Below, piece after piece: positions 54,401-64,000 of a DNA stretch of 64,000 bases. Source of the DNA: Chrysomallon squamiferum (taxonomy: Eukaryota > Animalia > Mollusca); assembly GCA_012295275.1 (NCBI GenBank), contig CM022673.1, forward strand, positions 9,610,001-9,674,000. Direction: 5' to 3'. The number at the start of each line of letters is the position of its first letter. Within the stretch, counting starts at the first letter, position 1. A program made the position numbers and the translations under genes. The notes beneath the pieces were generated by a model that was not told the origin of the DNA, did no database searches, and saw nothing but the letters and a program-made list of their open reading frames with translations.

Positions 54401-57400
54401 AACATGGCACAGTATGCAACACTGATCATGGCACAGTATGCAGTACTGTGATATGGCACAGTATGCAACACTGATACCATGGCACAGCAACACTGATCAT
54501 GGCACAGTATGCAGCACTGGCACAGATCATGGCACACAGTATGCAGCACTGTGATATCATGGCACAGTATCCAACACTGACACCATGGCACAGTATGCAG
54601 CACTGAGACCATGGCACAGTATGCAATACTTTGATCATGGCACAGTATGCAACACTGAGATCATGGCACAGTATGCAACACTGAGACCATGGCACAGTAT
54701 GCAACACTGATCATGGCACAGTATGCAACACAGTGATCATGGCACAGTATGCAGCACTGTGATATGGCACAGTATGCAGCACTGTGATCATGGCACAGTA
54801 TGCAGCACTGTGATCATGGCACAGTATGCAGCACTGTGATATGGCACAGTATGCAGCACTGTGATATCATGGCACAGTATGCAGCACTGTGATCATGGCA
54901 CAGTATGCAACACTGAACATGGCACAGTATGCAACACTGATCATGGCACAGTATGCAGTACTGTGATATGGCACAGTATGCAGCACTGTGATATGACACA
55001 GTATGCAGAAGTGTGATATGGCACAGTATGCAGCACTGTGATATCATGGCACAGTATGCAGCACTGTGATCATGGCACAGTATGCAGCACTGATCATGGC
55101 ACAGTATGCAGCACTGAGACCATGGCACAGTATGCAGCACTGTGATCATGGCACAGTACGCATCACTGTGATCATGTCACAGTATCCAGCACTGTGATAT
55201 GGCACAGTATGCAGCACTGATATCATGGCACAGTATGCAGCACTGTGATCATGGCACAGTATGCAACACTGAACATGGCACAGTATGCAACACTGAGACA
55301 ATGACAGTATGCAACATTGAGACAATGACAGTATGCAACACTGATCATGGCACAGTATGCAACACTGAGACCATGGCACAGTATGCAACACTGTGATATG
55401 CCACAGTATGCAGCACTGTGATCATGGCACAGTGTGCAGCACTGTCATATCATTGCACAGTATGCAACACTGTGATATCATGGAACAGTATGCAACACTG
55501 AAACCATGGCACAGTATGCAACACTGTGAACATGGCACAGTATGCAACACTGACACCATGGCACAGTATGCAGCACTGAGACCATGGCACAGTATGCAAC
55601 ACTGTGATCATGGCACAGGATGCAACACTGTGAACATGGCACAGTATGCAACACTGTGATAGGGTACAGTATGCAGCACTGAGACCATGGAACAGTATGC
55701 AACACTGTGATATCATGGCACAGTGCGCAGCACTGTCATCATGGGACAGTATGCAGCACTGTGATCATGGCACAGTATGCAGCATTGTGATATCATGGCA
55801 CAGTATGCAACACTGTGATATGGCACAGTATGCAACACTGAAACCATGGCACAGTATGCAGCACTGAGACCATGGCACAGTATGCAGCACTGTGATCATG
55901 GCACAGTATGCAGCACTGAGAGCATGGCACAGTATGCAATACTTTGATCATGGCACAGTATGCAACACTGAGACCATGGCACAGTATGCAACACTATGAT
56001 CATGGCACAGTATGCAGTACTGTGATCATGGCACAGTATGCAATACTTTGATCATGGCACAGTATGGAACACTGAGATCATGACACAGTATGCAACACTG
56101 AGACCATGGCACAGTATGCAACACTGTGACCATGGCACAGTATGCAGCACTGTGATCATGGCACAGTATGCAACACTGAGACCATGCCACAGTATGCAGC
56201 ACTGTGATCATGGCACAGTATGCAGCACTGAGACCATGGCACAGTATGCAACACTGTGAACATGGCACAGTATGCAACACTGAGACAATCGCAGTATGCA
56301 ACACTGATCATGGCACAGTATGCAACACTGAGACCATGGCACAGTATACAACACTGTGATATCATGGCACAGTATGCAGCACTGATCATGGCACAGTATG
56401 CAGCACTGTGATATCATGGCAAAGAATGCAACACTGATATCATGGAACAGTATGCAACACTGAAACCATGGCACAGTATGCAACACTGTGAACATGGCAC
56501 AGTATGCAACACTGACACCATTGCACAGTATGCAGCACTGAGACCATGGCACAGTATGCAATATTGTGATCATGGCACAGTATGCAACACTGAGACCATG
56601 GCACAGTATTCAACACTGAGACCATGGCACAGTATGCAACACTGTGAACATGACACAGTATGCAACACTGTGATCATGGCACAGTATGCAACACTGTGAT
56701 AGGGTACAGTATGCAGCACTGAGACCATGCCACAGTATGCAGCACTGTGATATGGCACAGTATGGAGCATTGTGTTATGGCACAGTATGCAGCAATGAGA
56801 TCATGGCACAGTATGCAGCACTGTGATCATGGCACAGTATGCAGCACTGATCATAAGACAGTATGTAGCACTGTGATCATGGCACACTATGCAGCACTGT
56901 GATATCATGGCACAGTATACAAAACTGATCATGCCACAGTATGCAGCACTGTGATATGGCACAGAATGCAATACAGATCATGGCACAGTATGCAGCACTG
57001 ATCATGACAGTATGCAGCACTGTGATCATGGCACAGTATGCAGCACTTTGATATCATGGCACAGTATGCACCACTGTGATCATGCCACAGTATGCAACTC
57101 TGTGTACATGGCACAGTATACAACACTGTGATCATGGCACAGTATGTAGCACTGTGATATGGCACAGTATGCAACACTGTGATCATGGCACACTATGTAG
57201 CACTGTGATATGGCACAGTATGCAGCACTGTGATATGGCACAGTATCCAGAACTGTGATCATGACACAGTATGCAGCACTGTGATCATGGCACAGTATGC
57301 AGCACTGAGACCATGACACAGTATGCAGCACTGTGATCATGGCACAGTATGCAGCACTGAGACCATGGCACAGTATGCAACACTGTCAATATGGCACAGT

Positions 57401-58759
57401 ATGCAAAACTGTGATCATGGCACAGTATGTAGCACTGTGATATGGCACAGTATGCAGCACTGTGATCATGGCACAGTATGCAGCACTGATATGGCACAGT
57501 ATGCAGCACTGTGATCATGGCACAGTATGCAGCACTGTGATCATGGCACAGTATGCAACACTGAGACAATGACAGTATGCAACACTGACCATGGCACATT
57601 ATGCAACACAGTGATCATGGCACAGTATGCAACACTGATATCATGGAACAGTATGCAACACTGAAACCATGGCACTGTATGCAGCACTCAGACAATGGCA
57701 CAGTATGGAACACTGTGAACATGGCACAGTATGCAACACTGACACCATGGCACAGTATGCAACACTGTGAACATGGCAGAGTATGCAACACTGTGATAGG
57801 GTACAGTATGCAGCACTGAGACCATGGAACAGTATGCAACACTGTGATATCATGGCACAGTTTGCAGCACTGTCATGATGGCACAGTATGCAGCACTGAT
57901 ATCATGGCACAGTATAAAACACTGTGATATCATGGCACAGTATGCAACACTGTGATATCATGGCACAGTATGCAACACTGAAACCATGGCACAGTATGCA
58001 GCACTGTGATATGGGTCAGTATGCAGCATTGTGATATTGCACAGTATGCAGTACTGTGATATGGCACAGTATGCTGAACTGTGATATGACACAGTATGGA
58101 ACACTGAGAGCATGGCACGGTATACAACACTGTGAGATCATCGCACAGTATGTAACAGATCATGGTACAGTATGTATGACTTAAATTATGACAGAATATG
58201 CAACACTGTGAGATTGTGTCATAGTATGTAACATACCATGGTACAGGATGTAACTGAGATCATGTATTTATTGTATGTAACAAATTTTAATGTTCTAAAT
58301 TTATAGGCTTACCACCCTTGATTTGTTCTTGAATTGTTTCACTGATAAATATTTAAGCAATGATACAGACATGTTTAAAAATATAATTTAAAAGAGTTTC
58401 AATTAATTTAAAAAAAAAGAAAAAATTTATATATATATATATATACTTAAATCTGTTTGTGTATTTCTGTTTATCTATTTGTCTATCATTCTGTCTATTA
58501 TATAAAAACCTTTAATATTTATTTCAGAATTGAGAAGAAGATTTTTTCCCGTATGACAAAGAAAAACATGTATGAAAATTTCAAGAAGATATGTGGAAGG
58601 TTCAACCATAAAGACCTTTCCCAGGCACCTAATTACTACAAAGCCAAGATGGCTGCCAAAGACTTTCAAGCAGCCAAGCAGGCTTTTTACAAAAAACTCA
58701 AAGAAAACAATTACGGACCTTGGGTTTCGAAACCAGTTGAAGAAGAAATGTTCTCTTAG
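43437..58759 (+). CDS. ADAR: double-stranded RNA-specific adenosine deaminase, ADAR1 type (~1028 aa)
   Basis: 10 phase-compatible exons totalling 3087 nt: 43437-43538, 44217-45859, 46211-46352, 46782-46968, 47303-47396, 47601-47756, 48009-48115, 48792-48974, 49285-49525, 58528-58759. Z-alpha ([10 protein letters not shown]...PPTW), dsRBD ([11 protein letters not shown]...GPPH...KKTGRKDAA), deaminase motifs [34 protein letters not shown], the ADAR1-type CC in RAVCCR, and C-terminal [11 protein letters not shown]. Confidence 0.96.
44217..45859 (+). CDS. ADAR large exon: Z-alpha, acidic linker, second winged helix, Ser-rich region, first half of dsRBD
   Basis: 1643-nt open frame; tttcag acceptor, GTCAGT donor. 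Confidence 0.95.
46211..46352 (+). CDS. ADAR exon, second half of dsRBD
   Basis: [39 protein letters not shown]; phase 2 to 0. Confidence 0.95.
46782..46968 (+). CDS. ADAR deaminase exon (tandem TAGCAG acceptor)
   Basis: [14 protein letters not shown]...[10 protein letters not shown]...VVISIGSG; alternative start at 46785. Confidence 0.95.
47303..47396 (+). CDS. ADAR deaminase exon with catalytic HAE
   Basis: [32 protein letters not shown]. Confidence 0.97.
47601..47756 (+). CDS. ADAR deaminase exon with PCGDG
   Basis: FLYKQL...[18 protein letters not shown]. Confidence 0.97.
48009..48115 (+). CDS. ADAR deaminase exon (5' binding loop)
   Basis: [35 protein letters not shown]; phase 2 to 1. 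Confidence 0.93.
48792..48974 (+). CDS. ADAR deaminase exon (base-flipping GEG and SCxDK)
   Basis: [48 protein letters not shown]. Confidence 0.97.
   Translation: MKARFQSSQISQGRHLMVLSGARDCAPCPALTKSAAGMLLACRELSCQTFLNQFIWILSL
49285..49525 (+). CDS. ADAR penultimate exon
   Basis: [15 protein letters not shown]...[11 protein letters not shown]...SINWS...EVVDG; GTGAGA donor, phase 2. Confidence 0.95.
49550..58264. repeat. 8.7-kb quasi-palindromic minisatellite (unit ~24-29 bp, consensus CATGGCACAGTATGCA(G/A)CACTGTGAT) filling ADAR's last intron
   Basis: About 340 head-to-tail units (estimated from length) with linker variants (gatc, gagac, gaac, gatatc, gat); degenerate at both edges. Confidence 0.98.
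58528..58759 (+). CDS. ADAR terminal coding exon
   Basis: atttcag acceptor, phase 2; SRMTKKNMY...[15 protein letters not shown]...[15 protein letters not shown]. Confidence 0.95.
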
Positions 58760-60859
58760 TGTTTTTCAGTGGAACACCAAAAGAACATGGATAAAGAAGA
58801 GTGTATTGACAGTGATAGCAAGAACAAACTTAATGTAACAGTTTTCAAAGGATTTTTCCCATTGCTGCGGTACATTGTTGAACCAGATGGATCTAACATA
58901 TTTCTAGGGTCTGTAGCATGTAATTACAGTGATGTTATTTCACATGAAAAATTTATACTCAGTGAGGCTTTGAAGTTTTATAGTGTATATTTACACATTT
59001 TATTAGCATCATTATATCATTTTATTTTTTTTTATATATTATTATTATTAGCAACTTACTATGCTTATGTAATAGTTAACAGTAAACATTTTGTGAAGAT
59101 AATATTTTAGGAACACTATTACTATTTTTGTAGCATTAATTAGTATTTGTTATTATTATTACTGATACATTTTTTTGGTTTGTAATAATGATAATAATAA
59201 TTTGATATATATTTTCTATATTATCTTTGTTTTGAAATTATGGTATGTCGTCTGAAAATTTAAAGGTGAATTATTGTGTATTTTTTACTTATATAATTAT
59301 TATTTAAGAGTTGATTAACTTGTTTACCCAAAATGATGTAAACAAATTAATTATTCTGTTAAATGTGATATAACTTTGTTTGAAAATAATAATAATAATA
59401 ATAATAATTTGAAAATCATCACATTGATTGGACATCAATCTAAGATATTTGTTATATTAGCAATCTGAAACCAACATGTAGTAATCATTAAGCATTGTGT
59501 GTTTAAAAACAATGATTAGAAACACCAGGTTGGGAAAAATTTTATGTTATTTTAATAGGAGTAAACTAATTTAAGCTTAAAAAATAAGCTTTTAAAATAA
59601 AAAAGAAAATTAAAAAATAAAAATGAATATTAAGATATTTAGGAAATTAACAAGGTGGACCTTGTCAAAACAATTAGTAAAATAAATTTAAAAATGTATA
59701 TAATCATAACTGTAAGTGAGCCGCACATATACATGCACATATGTATATATAAATTCAGTATTATATAGATTTTTTTCTTATATATGCTACAGACCCCTAT
59801 CTAGAGAATGATTATATTTATCATAAACTTACTATCAGACGTACTACCCAGCTTTGCAGTTTTGTGTATTACTGCCTGCTTCTGTTCACGTTCCATATTG
59901 GAAACTACAACATCAGTTTTGCTCGTTTGTCCCCAGATCTAGTCTTTCTTCTTTCTTTTTCCAATTCACTGTTCTTCACGTTTGCCTGCCAGTCATCAGA
60001 GTAAGTCTCACTTTAATAATCAAAGTGATGCCAATGTCACCAAAGCATTATGACTAGAAAAAGTATTGAATTTATGTTTAACACGATTATGAATTAGAAT
60101 AGGTTTGAATGGCATCAAAGGATGGCAACAAGAAGGGGTTTCGATGTTGTCTGAATTAGGATAGGCACCAGTGTCAGAAGGATTCTAAGAGTTCTAATGC
60201 TAGGTTTTTAGAATTTTGAATCGAAAAGAATGTCAAAGAATTCATTCTCGACTATTAATGAGAAGTCGTCAGAACGTTTTAATGAGAATTTGAATTATTA
60301 CATAGAAGAATTGTATCTTTAATTTTTATTTCTGGGTGCACTAAAAATTTTTTACTTTAACGTAAATTAGAAATACCCCAATTTCACCTAAGAGTACCCA
60401 GATTTAAGTAGCAGTTAACAAGAAAGCTTCAGTACTTCAGTATTTTCATATGTTTGTATATCTTACAGGCGTTGTAGAGACAGACAAATTATTTTTTAAC
60501 ATTTGGTTGTTGGCTGTTTGTTTCTGATGGGTCGCAGGCAAATGTGAAGAGTAAAGTTGTTGGTTTATAACATAATGTGAAACAAGTTTAATTATTTGAA
60601 AACGAAAACATTGGGATCAACACTGCAGTGATTTGGAAACAAAAGTAAGACTAGCCAGGGACAAATTAATGTTAGAATTGATTATTATTGTATAACGTCA
60701 TTAATTATTATTTTATTAAACTAGTGTGAGGTATACAATTTATAAAAATTTTCTGAAATTCTTAATTTTTTTTTTGCTAATTTCTGCTAATAAAGATTTA
60801 TCAATCTTTTTCATTGGTGTATCTTTTTGTGTTGGATATTTATTTATTATTATTATTAG

Positions 60860-61017
60860 AAGTAATAGTAGTGGCAGTAGTAGTAGTAGTAGTAACAGCT
60901 ATGGTAGCAGTAGTAATAGCAGTAGTAATAGTAGTAGTAGTAGTAGTAACAGCTATGGTAGCAGTAGTAGTAGCAGTAGTAATAGTAGTAGTAGTAGTAA
61001 CAGCTATAGTAGCAGTA
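60860..61017. repeat. compound (AGT/AGC)n trinucleotide repeat with ~57-bp periodicity
   Basis: agtagtaacagctat recurs three times. Confidence 0.9.
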
Positions 61018-61394
61018 CCAATAAAAATAATGTTGTGGTATATTATCAATGGAAACAATTAAGTATATGCGACATATAGAAAACAAGGTAGTCGTGCCTC
61101 TTCACTACTCCAGGGGACGCATTTAGCGATTGTCTGTTCTATGTATATTCTATTTTGCCGTCGATTTTTTTATTTTTTATCTTTTTTAAATTTTATTAAT
61201 TTAGTTTTTCTTATTAAATTAAACCCACAACGGAATTAGTGACAACCGTTCTCAAAAACTCGCATTTGATGCTCATCAACGCCAGCAAATTTAAATGTTT
61301 TTCTCCCATCGTCGTTCTTTGTGTATTGGCCAGGCAGCGCAAGTTGTAAAACGAACACTCAACAAGAAATTTGTTCTAAAACGTACCTCTACAC

Positions 61395-63686
61395 CAGTGG
61401 TTTCCAACCATTTTAGTACCATGCCCCACTTTTTTATCACAAATGTCTTCATGTCCCCCACCCGTTAATTGTTTAGTATGATATAACAATATCAGTTTTG
61501 AAGAAGTATAACATAAAAAATTGTATCTTTCAAATAAAACTAAAGGGTTTAACTTCAAATTTAATCAAATAAAATCCATTTTATAATGTGTATAATATAT
61601 CTACCATCAGATTAAATAAATTCAATTACAATCAATTAATGAGACCCTTGAGCCTGATGTCTACTGCAAAGGGATTTTATCCGCGGCAGTAATTTTGTTA
61701 ATTTCAATCTCAACTCGCCTCGTTTAGTGATATTCAGTCGTTTTCTTTTCTTCAGTAATAAGTCATTCACAGCACTAAATCCACATTCCACTAAGTATGA
61801 CGATGGGAATGGTAACATTAGTTTTCTTGCCAAACTACTTGTATTTGGATATTTAGCTTGTGTTTCTTCACAGAGCCACATCATTGTTCCTTTTATTTTG
61901 AACAGGGCTTTAATCGAGTCATCATTTTGTAATTCTGAAAGTTCTCCTTGATACTCCATGGTTACATATGACAGATCCACTAGCAATGGCTGAGTCATCC
62001 AAGATGGATAATTAATTTCTTTCAAATCAGAAAATCTGAATTTGAAATCGCTTACCATTATTTGTTATGCTCCACAATAACAAGACAAGTAGCATCTGTT
62101 ACCTGACATTTATTCAGCCAATACAATTGTTCAAATATTTTGACAGAAATATTTTCTTGGGATAATTCCAGAAATGATACAAAGCCAAATATCTTGGCCT
62201 TTGTTCCTTGGAGCTCCTTATTTAAGATATTGAGTTTTTCAAATATATCTGCTAAATAACTGACAAATGCTTTATCATAAACTGTCAGTAACAGAGTCAT
62301 ATAAGGTTTGTCATCCAAGAACTCACTAAGAATATCAAATAATTCCATGAATCTTTTCAGGCAATTCCCCTTTGATAACCACCTTACATCAGTATGAAGT
62401 AATGATCTTACATAGTCTGCATTTTGATCCTTGCAAAATTGTTTGAAAAGACGCTCACATTTGGCATTAGCTTTTATAGTGTTGATGCATTTTATAACTG
62501 CATTCAATGTCTCGTTTAGAACAGGGGCAACTTTTTTGGAAACTAAATTCTGTCTATGAATAACACAATGCACTAACAACATTTGGGGATTGTCGTCTTT
62601 CAATAATTTTAAAACTCCATTTTTCTTGCCCATCATCACTGGAGCACCGTCTGCAGCACAAGATATAAAGTTTTCCATTGGTATCTGCTTATCATCTAAA
62701 TATGTTTTTAATTTCTTATATATATCAATTGCAATAGTGGTGGTTTCTAATGCTTCGCAAAATAGCATATCCTCAATAAATTCTCCATTATCAACATATC
62801 TTACATAGGCCATTAACAGAGCTTCACTATCTCTTACAGTTGATTCGTCCAACTGTATTGAAAAATTTGTATATTTTAATTTTTCAACAAGTTGTACTTC
62901 TACATCACAACTCATTTCATCAATCCTGCTATTAACAGTATTATTACTGAGCGATATGCTTTTGAGATCTTGGTCATCTTTTTCAAGAACCACTTTCAGA
63001 AAAGTTGATATTGCGGGCTTAATTAAATTCTCCCCTATTGTATATATATAAAAAAATAAATTTAATATCTAACTTCTGTAACATACAAGGCACAATGTCA
63101 ATATGCAGTTGCCATTTCAAGTAAATATTGAGCTTTATATTCACAGTTTTAAATTAATGTTACTGTGACAAGATCAATTAATGGTTATTTTTATACATTA
63201 TTTTCAGAGAATAACAAGATCAATAATCATAATGAAAAGCACTTTAACCAGCCCTCTCAGTGAAGCTAAAAAACAGAGACAGATAACTATATCAACATGA
63301 AACTTGCATTTGTGTTTAATTCAGTCCTGCTTCCATGCTTTATTCTGCACATTTAATTTGGTTGTAGTTAGTTTCCTCTCTTTTTTTAGCTTCAGTGGGA
63401 GCGTTGAGCATCTGACTAAAACTCACCTTCTTAAACAAGTTAGAAGCCACGCATATAGCTGGTGCCAGATGCATGATAACATTAGTGGGTGAACACTTGG
63501 CTAGACTGCACAAGCTGTTGTGCTCAGCTAGGTTGTAATTACAATTTTACCCTATACATTTATAATTTTTACCCATATAGGGTAAAATAAAAAAAAATGT
63601 TGTTATTACTATATTTTTCATATTGCCCCCCTATTATTATTGAATTGCCCCCCAGTGGGGCGTAGGCCCCACGTTGGGAATCACTG
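61395..63686 (-). mobile_element. hAT superfamily DNA transposon, Buster/Charlie type, non-autonomous (2292 bp)
   Basis: Ends CAGTGGTTTCCAAC (61395) and reverse complement CAGTGATTCCCAAC (63686), 12/14 identical. Perfect 8-bp TSD CTCTACAC at 61387-61394 and 63687-63694 with central TA. Encloses transposase ORFs. Confidence 0.95.
61636..63044 (-). pseudogene. disrupted hAT-Buster transposase (SCAND3/ZBED5/ZBED8-like)
   Basis: Motifs TIGENLIKPA, SLSNNTV..RI, FSIQLDEST, DGA..M.G, HCVIH, VRWLS.G, FPSSYLVE.GFS, C-terminal HQAQGSH. Split by a frameshift/deletion at ~62058 and lacking the N-terminal BED-finger region. Confidence 0.9.
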
Positions 63687-64000
63687 CTCTACACAAAACA
63701 AATACCAAAGGCTGAAGTCAAAATCATGATACCCAACAGATTGATTGTAAAATAAAAGAAGAAGAAAAAGGCGGATCGCGGGACCTCTCAAATCATTTGC
63801 TGTATCTGCTACGTTTCATTTATGCCGAGAAAAAATAGTAATAAATAACAAAGAATAAAAAAAATCAAATAACTAAAATAAGTGTTTCGATCACACATCA
63901 AAGTAGAATTTACTCGATGTGATCACACGCCAAAGTAGCACCAAAATATCTTATAACTTTATAATATATTCAGGAAAGAAGGTCATAAAAAATTCAATAT

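Noticed and set aside
49580-58163. Dozens of Cys/His-rich ORFs ([17 protein letters not shown]) resembling metallothioneins
   Set aside because: They are translations of the satellite in shifting frames on both strands; unit lengths are not constrained to 3n.
49550-58264. CRISPR-like array of palindromic ~26-bp repeats
   Set aside because: Units are head-to-tail with only 0-5 nt recurring linker variants, there are no unique spacers or cas genes, and the array lies in a spliceosomal intron.
58769-59110. 113-aa ORF immediately after the ADAR stop (possible readthrough or second gene)
   Set aside because: GTG start, no recognisable motif, and it degrades into AT-rich 3' UTR-like sequence.
59780-60310. 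Complex-sequence island that might be a decayed retroelement or exon
   Set aside because: The frames examined gave no recognisable protein motif, termini or TSD; a database search is needed.

Overview
AT-rich, microsatellite-dense, intron-containing animal genomic DNA. It looks invertebrate, probably lophotrochozoan/molluscan, but that is an inference. Two spliced + strand genes were rebuilt exon by exon from GT-AG sites and intron phases. (1) The 3' ~30 kb of a p120/delta-catenin family gene: 20 coding exons at 3724-33690, a long Pro/Asp/Tyr-rich disordered N-terminal region, Armadillo repeats, a C-terminal DSWV PDZ ligand, and one apparent 1-nt frameshift near 21415. (2) A complete ADAR1-type A-to-I RNA editing gene: promoter ~42090-42210, 10 coding exons at 43437-58759, ~1028 aa, with Z-alpha, a degenerate second winged helix, a Ser-rich linker, a single dsRBD and an intact deaminase. 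The most striking feature is that ~97% of ADAR's 9-kb last intron is a ~26-bp quasi-palindromic minisatellite (~340 units). Its transcript should fold into very long imperfect dsRNA with periodic A.C mismatches, so the editing enzyme's pre-mRNA appears to carry a giant substrate for its own product. The ADAR 5' region also has a consensus ISRE and a Rel/NF-kB-type site. The window ends with a 2.3-kb non-autonomous hAT (Buster-type) DNA transposon with TIRs and a perfect 8-bp TSD. No prokaryotic features, rRNA/tRNA or CRISPR were seen.
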